Position numbers and translations under genes: made by a program. DNA of 64,000 bases from an uncultured Chloroflexia bacterium. GTDB lineage: Bacteria; Chloroflexota; Chloroflexia; QHBQ01; JADMIH01. Positions 53,470-61,455 of the stretch are shown here, piece after piece. The notes under the pieces are model-generated. The model was not told where the DNA came from, did no database searches, and was given only the letters and a program-made list of their open reading frames with translations. Position 1 is the stretch's first letter. Each line of letters begins with the position of its first letter. The stretch spans positions 384,001-448,000 of the forward strand of contig CAWCNY010000005.1 of NCBI GenBank assembly GCA_963797095.1. The letters are read 5' to 3'.

Positions 53470-55314
53470 TTATAGTTCTGCGGACCTCTTGGCGATCCGG
53501 TCTTTCACCAGGGCATAGAAGTCGGCTAGAGGCATGTTGTTTTGCTGAGAGCCATCTCGCTTGCGCAGGGACACCGCGTTCTCTTGCATTTCGCGCGCGC
53601 CTACTACCAGCATGTAGGGTATCTTCATTAGCTGCGCGGCCCTGATCTTGGCGTTCATGCGGTCGTTGCCCAGGTCGGCTTCGGCCCGCACGTCCATATC
53701 TTTGAGTTCCTGGGCGATACGTGCTGCGTACTCGTTGTGAGCTTCGGCGACCGGGATCACTTTTACCTGGTCGGGTGAGAGCCACACAGGGAAGTTGCCC
53801 GCATAATGCTCAAGCAAGAATCCGACCATGCGCTCGTGCGTGCCGAGGGGGGCGCGGTGGATGCAGAGGGGCGTCTCGTCTTTGCCCTCATGGTTCGTGA
53901 AGACTAAGTCGAAGCGGGGAGGGACGGCAAAGTCTACCTGGTTCGTAGCAAGGGAGAACTCTCGACCTATGGCGCTCCAGATCTGAACATCTATCTTGGG
54001 GCCGTAGAAGGCTGCTTCGTCGGCCACCTCTACGAAGGGGATGCCGCCGTCTTGCATGGCGCGGCGCACCATATCCTCCGTATGGAGCCACAGGCGGTCG
54101 TTATCCACGTACTTCTTGCCGAGGCCCTTCTTGTCGTGCGTGCTGAAGCGCATTACGTACTTTTCGATGCCGAAAATCTCGAAGTATTTCAGATAGAGGT
54201 CGATCACTCCCAGGAACTCCTGCTCGAATTGCTCCTCCGAGCAATAGATGTGAGCATCGTTCATCTGCATGGAGCGGACGCGCATCAGGCCGAACAACTC
54301 CCCGCTCTTTTCGTAGCGATAGCACGTGCCGTATTCGGCGAGGCGCAGGGGCAGGTCGCGCCAGCTTCTCGTTTTGGCTGCGAAGATCTTGTGGTGGAAG
54401 GGGCAGTTCATCGGCTTCATGTAGTAGCGCACGCCTTCCAATTCCATAGGCGGGTACATACTCTCAGAGTAGTAGGGGAGATGGCCCGACCGTAGGAAAA
54501 GGGCTTCCTTCGAGAGGTGAGGGGACCTAACCCGCTCGTAACCGGCTTTGCGCTCCATTTCTTTGCCGAGATTCTCAAGCTCATCAATAATGATAGCGCC
54601 GCGAGGCTGCCACAAGGGGAGACCTGGGCCTACTTCGTCATCGAAGATGAAGATTTCAAGCTCGCGCCCAAGCTTGCGATGGTCGCGCTTCTTGGCCTCT
54701 TCGAGATATTGGAGGTGAGCCTGCAGCTCCTTCTTGTTTGACCATGACGTGCCGTAGATGCGCTGGAGCATGGGGTTGTGCTCGTCGCCGCGCCAGTAAG
54801 CTCCTGCTACGCTCTGTAGCTCGAAGGCATCGGGAGGCACCTGGCCCGTGTTCTCAACATGCGGCCCACGACACAAGTCTTCGAACGTGTCGTGCTTGTA
54901 CGTGCTGATCACCACATCTCCCTGGACTTCGTTGCCGTATTCGTCTACCTCGCCCTTGGCAAGCCCATCGATTAGCTCCAACTTGTAAGGTTGGTCGGCG
55001 AAAAGTTGGCGTGCCTCGTCGGCGCTCACCTGGCGATAAACGAATGGATACTTGCCCGCGATGATCTGGCGCATGCGCTTGGCGATCTTTTCGAGGTCGT
55101 CGGGCTGGAATGTACGCGGCTTGCCGTGTTCGTCGCGGCCCAGGTCGAAGTCGTAGTAGAAGCCGTTCTCTATAGGTGGGCCGATGGCGATCTTGGCCTC
55201 CGGGTAAAGCTCAAGCACCGCCTCGGCCATAATGTGCGCGGCGCTGTGCCTGATCTTATAGAGTTGGTCCTTTTTTTCCTGGCTGACCTCTCCAGGCATC
55301 TCAATTGCAACCAT
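53470..55314 (-). CDS. thrS: Threonine--tRNA ligase
   Basis: RHSAAHIMA, DLCRGPH, RDHRKLG, KPMNCPFH, AFYGPKID, IHRA; true start MVAIEM at 55314 with AGGAGG RBS. Confidence 0.98.
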   Translation of the reverse strand: MVAIEMPGEVSQEKKDQLYKIRHSAAHIMAEAVLELYPEAKIAIGPPIENGFYYDFDLGRDEHGKPRTFQPDDLEKIAKRMRQIIAGKYPFVYRQVSADEARQLFADQPYKLELIDGLAKGEVDEYGNEVQGDVVISTYKHDTFEDLCRGPHVENTGQVPPDAFELQSVAGAYWRGDEHNPMLQRIYGTSWSNKKELQAHLQYLEEAKKRDHRKLGRELEIFIFDDEVGPGLPLWQPRGAIIIDELENLGKEMERKAGYERVRSPHLSKEALFLRSGHLPYYSESMYPPMELEGVRYYMKPMNCPFHHKIFAAKTRSWRDLPLRLAEYGTCYRYEKSGELFGLMRVRSMQMNDAHIYCSEEQFEQEFLGVIDLYLKYFEIFGIEKYVMRFSTHDKKGLGKKYVDNDRLWLHTEDMVRRAMQDGGIPFVEVADEAAFYGPKIDVQIWSAIGREFSLATNQVDFAVPPRFDLVFTNHEGKDETPLCIHRAPLGTHERMVGFLLEHYAGNFPVWLSPDQVKVIPVAEAHNEYAARIAQELKDMDVRAEADLGNDRMNAKIRAAQLMKIPYMLVVGAREMQENAVSLRKRDGSQQNNMPLADFYALVKDRIAKRSAEL

Positions 55315-55327
55315 GTCAATCCTCCTA

Positions 55328-55390
55328 TTTTGGATTTTGGATCTTGGATTTTGGATTTTGGTCTTCAATCCGCAATCTATAATCCAAAAT
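55328..55390. repeat. Inverted heptamer pair (GGATTTT)n ... AATCCAA
   Basis: Lies between the T-box terminator and the thrS RBS. Confidence 0.85.
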
Positions 55391-55660
55391 AAAAAGCCCC
55401 TCGCCCATACGGGACGAGAGGTTTGGCTCACGTGGTTCCACCCGAGTTTGACGCTGTCCTTCGACGATTAGTTGAAAAGGTGAGGCGTCCTCGTTTTGCC
55501 TGTAACGGTGCTATCCGGCATCGCATACTTGCCTTGTTGGCTTTGGGCGATGCAGCTATCAGGTGGTTTTCGCCGGGGGTTGGGTTGGGAGGCTCTCAGC
55601 CTGGGGCCTCTCCTCTCTGATTTCCCTGTGGCCGGGTACTCGTCCTGGTCGGTGCTTTTG
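55388..55660 (-). promoter_or_regulatory. T-box riboswitch (Thr, specifier ACC)
   Basis: Minus strand: GAGTA, AGAGA, GCTGAGA, specifier gaaaACCa, CCGTTA F-box, T-box GGGTGGAACCACG, terminator ctcgtcc...gggcgag..TTTTT. Confidence 0.93.
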
Positions 55661-55759
55661 GGTCGGATATTGAGTTGTGTTGTTAATTATATCAGGGGTG
55701 TGGGTTGTGGTCAAGGGACCGGGAGACGTAGAAATAGTACATCTCAAGTTTGACCGGAC

Positions 55760-56548
55760 CTATGGAAGGCTCTCCGGCCCCTTGTCTACCCAGGTCTGAT
55801 AGAAGGTTAGGATTTCGTTGAAGTTGTACTCTTTCATGAGCAGAAGGCGGTCCCAGGCAGCGATGGCGAGAGGAGTGGTCATGCCTGTGGTATAGGGGGT
55901 GACTATGAGTTTGACGCTACCATATTTGCTTGGGGGCAGCTTGTTGAATAAGTCCTTTAGCTGCTGCTTTACGGCGTCAGAAACATCGGGTCGATAGTAG
56001 AGAACCACAGCACCGTGCTCCATGCTGTGAACGAAGTAGCCCTCAGGGATCTCAACGTCCGAGAAGCCATAGGGCGCCGTAGAGGGGTAGTGCGGGCCCG
56101 ACGAGGGAGGATACGTCCGGTAAATGATCATCGTCCCAGGGGCAACATGAGCATTACCTTCGTTGGGCACAGGCGTGCCAATACCGAGCACCGGGTTGGG
56201 CGTTGACCCGGCGGACTGGCTTGTTGATGTAGAGGATACAGTGCCGGTGTCTCGGGTGAGAAGGATGAATCCACCGAGCACCACGAGCACGATCAAGGTG
56301 AGCAGCCCATACAGCAGGGTTGGTCGAGTGGCGCGGTTTGAGGGAGATCCAGCCGCGGGTCGGGCTTGTTGATTACGCTGTCCTACGGGTCGCCCCGTAA
56401 TAGGTGGTAAAGCCGTGGCGGTAGAGGCAATTACCGTACGCGGCGTGTACGTCGGTAAGGGCGCATGATCGTGAGAAATGTCCTTACCACAATAGCCGCA
56501 GAAGGCGCTGCCAACAGGGATATTCTTGCCACAATATGGACAGGACAT
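55760..56548 (-). CDS. Zinc-ribbon + TM + DUF3105 domain protein
   Basis: CPYCG...CGYCG; YPPSSGPHY, VHSMEHGAVV, AAWD, GPE. Confidence 0.88.
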   Translation of the reverse strand: MSCPYCGKNIPVGSAFCGYCGKDISHDHAPLPTYTPRTVIASTATALPPITGRPVGQRNQQARPAAGSPSNRATRPTLLYGLLTLIVLVVLGGFILLTRDTGTVSSTSTSQSAGSTPNPVLGIGTPVPNEGNAHVAPGTMIIYRTYPPSSGPHYPSTAPYGFSDVEIPEGYFVHSMEHGAVVLYYRPDVSDAVKQQLKDLFNKLPPSKYGSVKLIVTPYTTGMTTPLAIAAWDRLLLMKEYNFNEILTFYQTWVDKGPESLP

Positions 56549-56781
56549 TAACCGCCCCTCACAATGAATTAATAGTACGGGACAGGTAGCTGAATGGTCG
56601 TCGTAGGGTTTGTGGGTGAAAGTGTTGCTCTGGTTACAATAATGGATTACCTACGTCTGCGTCAATGAAAGCGGTCGCTAGATTGAGCGGCGAAGCACCA
56701 ACCTTAGCATTGGCCGCCTCGCACCCGGCGAACGTGCTGGTACAGGGCAACGTGTTTACCGTGCTATTGCAGGTGGTTGGT

Positions 56782-56834
56782 GCCATAATGTGCGCGGCGC
56801 TGTGCCTGATCTTATAGAGTTGGTCCTTTTTCCT
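56782..56834. repeat. Ectopic copy of a thrS 5' coding segment
   Basis: 50 bp identical to 55226-55275 (gccataatgtgcgcggcgctgtgcctgatcttatagagttggtccttttt). Confidence 0.92.
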
Positions 56835-56862
56835 GATAGACCTTATCTCGCACGCATCAGGT

Positions 56863-56911
56863 CGAGAGCAAAGATCGGCCTTCCTATCGAAGATGCCGAT
56901 CTTTGCTCTCG
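56863..56911. terminator. Strong 17-bp hairpin
   Basis: cgagagcaaagatcggc...gccgatctttgctctcg downstream of the membrane protein gene; no clear U-tail. Confidence 0.55.
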
Positions 56912-56937
56912 CTTAGGAAGGCTAGATCTCCCGCCGG

Positions 56938-57489
56938 CTACTGGATGCGCACAGCAGGCGCTATCTCCAACGCTTGCAAAGCAATTGTAAAAACTGCCAG
57001 GAGCATCACCAGGATAATGACGTTCCTGTAAAGGCGTTTCAAGCTGCCACCCGCCAGGGCGCTACCTACAAAATAGCCGGTGAGCGCCAGTTCGGCTGTC
57101 TGCCCAGCGAACCATCCGGCCAGCAGCGCTATACTCGCCGTTGAGATCGAGGCAAGTCCGAGCACCAAGGCACTCCACACAGCTGCACCCAACTTGAGGC
57201 CAAACAACGCGCCTTCGCGTCCACCGGCGATATGCAGGCTAAGCATGAGCCGGACCAATGTACCCGATAGCACCAGAAACGATGCATAGCCAACCGGGAT
57301 AAGCGCGAAAGCCTGAGCCGGAGGCAGCAAGAAGGGGTCAGGCTGAACGTACAACCCGGCCAGCAGACCACCATGCAGGAAAAAGTCGAAACCCAGCATG
57401 GCGAGCCAACCGAGTAGGACGATAAGAGTTATCCTCCCGGCGCTGTTCGGCAGCGCCACCTGATGCGCAACAATACCTGCTCTCTGCAT
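56938..57489 (-). CDS. Hypothetical membrane protein
   Basis: About 5 TMs; DFFLHGGLLA; probable start MQRAG with GGGAG RBS. Confidence 0.7.
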   Translation of the reverse strand: MQRAGIVAHQVALPNSAGRITLIVLLGWLAMLGFDFFLHGGLLAGLYVQPDPFLLPPAQAFALIPVGYASFLVLSGTLVRLMLSLHIAGGREGALFGLKLGAAVWSALVLGLASISTASIALLAGWFAGQTAELALTGYFVGSALAGGSLKRLYRNVIILVMLLAVFTIALQALEIAPAVRIQ

Positions 57490-57690
57490 GGCGATTAATT
57501 CTCCCAGTCTATCGTATGCGGAACTCAACGAGCGCCTACGGGAAGACCTCTCTGCTTGCATGGTAACGACACAAGGTAAACAGATGGGTCAAAGCAGGTG
57601 GAAAGTTGGTATAATTAGATAAACATATCACCATCCACCATAGCACCCGTAAATCCCCACCAGGCAATTATCATAAGAGGAACACCAATC

Positions 57691-58926
57691 ATGGGCATCC
57701 ATTCAAACGGAACTACATCCAATAACGGCATACCGATGCGGTCGGTCTACCTGGACCACGCGGCCACCACAGGCGTGCTGCCTGAGGTGCTGGACGCGAT
57801 GATCCCCTATTACAGCGAGAAATACGGCAACCCATCGAGCGTACATGCATGGGGCCGGGCGGCGCACCAGGGTATGGAGGGCGCGCGGCGGCAGGTGGCG
57901 AAGGTGCTCCATTGCAGAGCGCGTGAGATCGTGTTCACGTCGGGAGGGACCGAGTCGGATAACCTGGCGATAAAAGGTGTGGCCTCGGCTTACAGGCGCG
58001 GTCAGAATCCCAACAAGCAGCCCACCGTGGGGCCGGGCCACATCATTATCTCTGCTATCGAGCACCACGCAATCATCCACTCGGCAGAAGAATTGGAGCA
58101 CTTCGGGTTTGAGGTGACAACCCTGCCCGTGGATAGCTACGGCATAGTGGACCCAGCCGATGTGGAGAGGGCGATGAGGCCCGATACTATATTGGTGAGC
58201 ATCATGTATGCAAACAACGAGATCGGCACGATCCAGCCTGTGCGCCAAATCTCTGAGATAGCGCACAAGGGCGGGGCCTACTTTCACACAGACGCAGTGC
58301 AGGGTGGCGCGTACCTCCCCTTGAATGTCGATGCGCTAGGAGCCGACCTGCTATCGCTGTCAGCCCACAAGTTCTATGGGCCGAAGGGGGTCGGCGTCCT
58401 CTACATCAGAAATGAGACGGCGATCCTGCCGATCCAGCACGGCGGCTCTCAAGAGATGAGGCGCAGAGCCTCGACCGAGAACGTGCCGGGGATCGTAGGG
58501 CTGGGAGTTGCGCTGGCGAGAGCACATGCCAACCTGGAGGCCGAAGGCGCATATGTAAGCGGGCTGCGCGATAAGCTGATCGCGAGCATACAGAAGCGGA
58601 TACCGGGTGCCCATCTGATGGGACACGCCACCAACCGCCTCCCCAACAACGTTAACTTCTGCATTGAGGGTATCGAGGCCGAGACCCTGCTACTCAAATT
58701 GGATATGCGCGGGATCGGCGCATCGAGTGGAGCAGCATGCGCTTCCGGGTCCACCGAGCCTAGCCATGTATTGCGCGCACTCGGAGTGCCTCGCGACCTG
58801 GCAGAGGGAAGCCTGCGCCTGACGCTTGGTATAGATAACAGCATCGAGGATATTGATTACGCATTGGATGTGCTGGAAAGCTGCGTCGCGGAGCTTCGCA
58901 CGAGCGAGCCGGCGCTCAATCTATAA
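57691..58926 (+). CDS. iscS: Cysteine desulfurase (IscS/NifS type)
   Basis: YLDHAATT, GNPSS, FTSGGTESDN, HTDAVQ, SAHKFYGPKG, SSGAACAS. Confidence 0.95.
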   Translation: MGIHSNGTTSNNGIPMRSVYLDHAATTGVLPEVLDAMIPYYSEKYGNPSSVHAWGRAAHQGMEGARRQVAKVLHCRAREIVFTSGGTESDNLAIKGVASAYRRGQNPNKQPTVGPGHIIISAIEHHAIIHSAEELEHFGFEVTTLPVDSYGIVDPADVERAMRPDTILVSIMYANNEIGTIQPVRQISEIAHKGGAYFHTDAVQGGAYLPLNVDALGADLLSLSAHKFYGPKGVGVLYIRNETAILPIQHGGSQEMRRRASTENVPGIVGLGVALARAHANLEAEGAYVSGLRDKLIASIQKRIPGAHLMGHATNRLPNNVNFCIEGIEAETLLLKLDMRGIGASSGAACASGSTEPSHVLRALGVPRDLAEGSLRLTLGIDNSIEDIDYALDVLESCVAELRTSEPALNL

Positions 58927-58938
58927 AGGGACCACGGA

Positions 58939-59000
58939 AGAAGGACGCACGACGAAAGACGAAGGTGCTAGATGCCACCGTCCTTCGTCTTTCGGCCTTC
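58939..59000. repeat. Inverted heptamer pair (GACGAAG/A) forming a hairpin
   Basis: cgaaagacgaagg ... ccttcgtctttcg between convergent iscS and scpB; overlaps the scpB C-terminus. Confidence 0.75.
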
Positions 59001-59591
59001 TTCCCGCTCTATGGTCGGCAATTGGTCGGGCCGCTCCAGCCCGAAGTGTTGGAGGAAGGCCAGCGTCGTCCCATAGAGGATGGGGTGTCCGACTGTATCT
59101 AGCCTGCCCACTTCCTGTATTAGGCCGCGCTGTAGAAGTGTATTGGTCACGCCTGTGCAGTCCACGCCCCGGACCGCCTCTATCTGGGGGCGCGTAACCG
59201 GCTGGCGGTACGCGATGAGAGCCAGGGTTTCCAGCGCTGCATCAGAGAGGCGCTGGCTAGCCTGGTGTCCCTTCAACTTATCAATGTAGAGAGCGGTTTC
59301 GGGCGCGCTCACCAGCCGGACTACGTCATTGAAGCGCTGCAAGCGAACGCCACGCATGCCTTCGGACAAGCTTTTGCCCAGGAAGTCAAGCACGCGCGCA
59401 AGGGTGGCCTGTCGAATGGCAAGCACGCGCCGCAGGTCGGCAAGAGAGAGCGGCTCTGCCGACACAAACAGCAGGGCTTCGGTGGCGGTCGCCATCTCCT
59501 GAATATCCTCGCGTTCCTCGCCGGGCTGGAGGGGATTGATGGGGGTTGGCGACCCCGCTCCCGTCTCCGTGGGAAGTGTATCGGTTGTCAT
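58968..59591 (-). CDS. scpB: SMC-Scp complex subunit ScpB
   Basis: EALLFVS, LSDAALETLALIAYRQPVTR.IEAVRGV, G.PILYGTT..FL..FGL. Confidence 0.95.
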   Translation of the reverse strand: MTTDTLPTETGAGSPTPINPLQPGEEREDIQEMATATEALLFVSAEPLSLADLRRVLAIRQATLARVLDFLGKSLSEGMRGVRLQRFNDVVRLVSAPETALYIDKLKGHQASQRLSDAALETLALIAYRQPVTRPQIEAVRGVDCTGVTNTLLQRGLIQEVGRLDTVGHPILYGTTLAFLQHFGLERPDQLPTIEREEGRKTKDGGI

Positions 59592-59774
59592 CCGCCCGAC
59601 CTCGCTGGGGTCGAATAGCGAGCGGCGAGCGGCAGAGTCGTAATATCGCGCATAATGGCGCGGAAGCGAGCTGCGATCATTGTGTCTCCTATTGCATCCT
59701 TAATAGCAGATGTGCCCGTCCCGCGCAAGGCAAATGCAGAGGCAATTGGCATTGTCTTTTCTAGCACCCACCTG

Positions 59775-59803
59775 TTGCCGCAGGCGTAGGGCTAAGGTAT
59801 AAT
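59775..59803 (+). promoter_or_regulatory. tRNA promoter
   Basis: TTGCCG-17 bp-TATAAT. Confidence 0.7.
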
Positions 59804-59820
59804 AGTTGAGCAACAGTTCC

Positions 59821-59906
59821 GCGCGAGTGGCGTAACGGCAGCCGCGCTAGCCTTAGGAGCTAGTGCCCGTGAGGGCGTAAGGGTTCGAATCCCTTCTCGC
59901 GCACCA
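59821..59906 (+). tRNA. tRNA-Leu (anticodon UAG)
   Basis: Acceptor gcgcgag/ctcgcgc + ACCA, anticodon arm ctagc-ctTAGga-gctag, long variable arm, GGTTCGAATCC. Confidence 0.96.
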
Positions 59907-59942
59907 GGTCTTTTTGTACATATACGCTGATCCTGGATCAAG

Positions 59943-59974
59943 GAAAATTGGCGGCTAAGCCGCCAATTTTCTTT
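59943..59974. terminator. Bidirectional terminator
   Basis: gaaaattggcggc-taa-gccgccaattttcttt. Confidence 0.85.
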
Positions 59975-60014
59975 GTCTCGAACTAAGTCCTTTGTTTGCA
60001 AAGACATCACCTGC

Positions 60015-61271
60015 TCAAGGAGCGCCTGGGCCTGTGCCTGGAGCCGTACCTGCCGGGCGCGTACCGAGCGTGGCTGTAAGCGTCAGTGCCTGCCCGTTGC
60101 GCAATACGTGCAGAGTGACCTGGTCTCCCGGCCTGTGATTGAGCAGCGTATTTACAAGAGGGTGATCCGAGTCGATGGTAGTATCATCAACGGCTGTGAT
60201 CACGTCGCCGGGCTGCAGCCCTGCGTCAGCGGCGGGGCTGCTTTCGGCCACCTGTACTACCAATTCCCCATTGAGAAGAAGATTGCCGCTTGGATCGCGC
60301 AGGTCATAATAAGATGATAGCTGGCGGCTTACGGGCTGGCTATAGATTCCGAGGAAGGGCCGTGCAATATTGCCCGTGCTGACAAGCTGAGTTGTAACTT
60401 CCTTGGCGGTATTCACAGGTATCGCAAAACCAAGCCCTTCAGCCACGTCGGTGCCGGTTGAGCTATCGGTGCCCCGGATTACGGCAGTGTTTATACCGAT
60501 CACGTTGCCGTTCAGATCGAGCAGCGGACCGCCGGAATTGCCGTGGTTAATTGCCGCATCTGTCTGGATCATCGGCTCTATATCGGTGCCTACCGCGCCC
60601 GGCAAAGTGCGGTCCAGCCCGCTGACCACTCCCACCGTAACTGTGTTCTGGAAATCTCCCAGCGCCGACCCGATAGCGATGACCATCTGGCCCACCTGCA
60701 ACTGCGACGAATCGCCGAGGGTCACGGTGGCGGTGACCGGCCTGTCGATCTTGAGAACGGCCAGGTCGCTAACTTCATCTGCCCCCACCAGCGTAGCGGG
60801 CACGTTATCACCGTTGGCGAATATAACGCTCAATCCGCCCTCTGCGGCTCCTTCGATCACATGATTGTTGGTGAATATATGCCCGTCGGTGTCCGCGATC
60901 ATGCCTGTGCCCAGGGCTTCGCCCCCAAATCCTGCCTGGCTGGGGTCCAGCTTGTTCACAACGGTGACCACCGCAGGCCGTGTGCGATTCACAACATCAA
61001 TTATTGCTTGCTGCTCAGGAAAGGATTGCCAGGTAGATGTAGCAGTTGAACTTGTGCTGGATTGGCCTGATGCCGCATCGGATGTGCCGGGAGCGCTCCC
61101 CTGTTGAGATGTTTGCGTGCTCCCAATTGTGCCAGACCCGGCAACTGTAGATGTTGGATTAGCCCCACTGGTAGAATTAAGAGGGCTGTCACAGCCTGCC
61201 AGCAAGAAAAGGAGGAGAAGAATTACTACTAATATTCGGGGTTTGGTTGATAAATCGACTGGCCTATACAT
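60015..61271 (-). CDS. htrA: HtrA/DegP-like serine protease lipoprotein with PDZ domain
   Basis: LLAGC lipobox, TNNHVI, DLAVLK, QTDAAINHGNSGGPL, C-terminal PDZ. Confidence 0.93.
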   Translation of the reverse strand: MYRPVDLSTKPRILVVILLLLFLLAGCDSPLNSTSGANPTSTVAGSGTIGSTQTSQQGSAPGTSDAASGQSSTSSTATSTWQSFPEQQAIIDVVNRTRPAVVTVVNKLDPSQAGFGGEALGTGMIADTDGHIFTNNHVIEGAAEGGLSVIFANGDNVPATLVGADEVSDLAVLKIDRPVTATVTLGDSSQLQVGQMVIAIGSALGDFQNTVTVGVVSGLDRTLPGAVGTDIEPMIQTDAAINHGNSGGPLLDLNGNVIGINTAVIRGTDSSTGTDVAEGLGFAIPVNTAKEVTTQLVSTGNIARPFLGIYSQPVSRQLSSYYDLRDPSGNLLLNGELVVQVAESSPAADAGLQPGDVITAVDDTTIDSDHPLVNTLLNHRPGDQVTLHVLRNGQALTLTATLGTRPAGTAPGTGPGAP

Positions 61272-61455
61272 GGTGGATCTCCCTTTAAACACACTAACAT
61301 ATCATGCCGGGTCGCTGTACAGGTGGCAAGATGTGTGCCATGAGAGATGCCAGGTGAGACTACCAATCTTGCAAATCTACGAAGGAAGTAAGGGTGCTCT
61401 AAAGTGCTATAATAGCCCTACGTTGCTCGTTGGGCTTCTCGCGAGGGGATTCGTT

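Noticed and set aside
55315-55431. N-terminal extension of ThrS in the ORF track
   Set aside because: It runs through the T-box terminator and heptamer tract; the RBS supports a start at 55314.
58968-59591. scpB without an adjacent scpA as a novel system
   Set aside because: Split scpA/scpB loci occur; nothing here suggests more than gene-order variation.
59821-60015. tRNA-Leu as the attachment site of an integrated element
   Set aside because: No integrase or duplicated tRNA 3' end is seen; a normal terminator and htrA follow.
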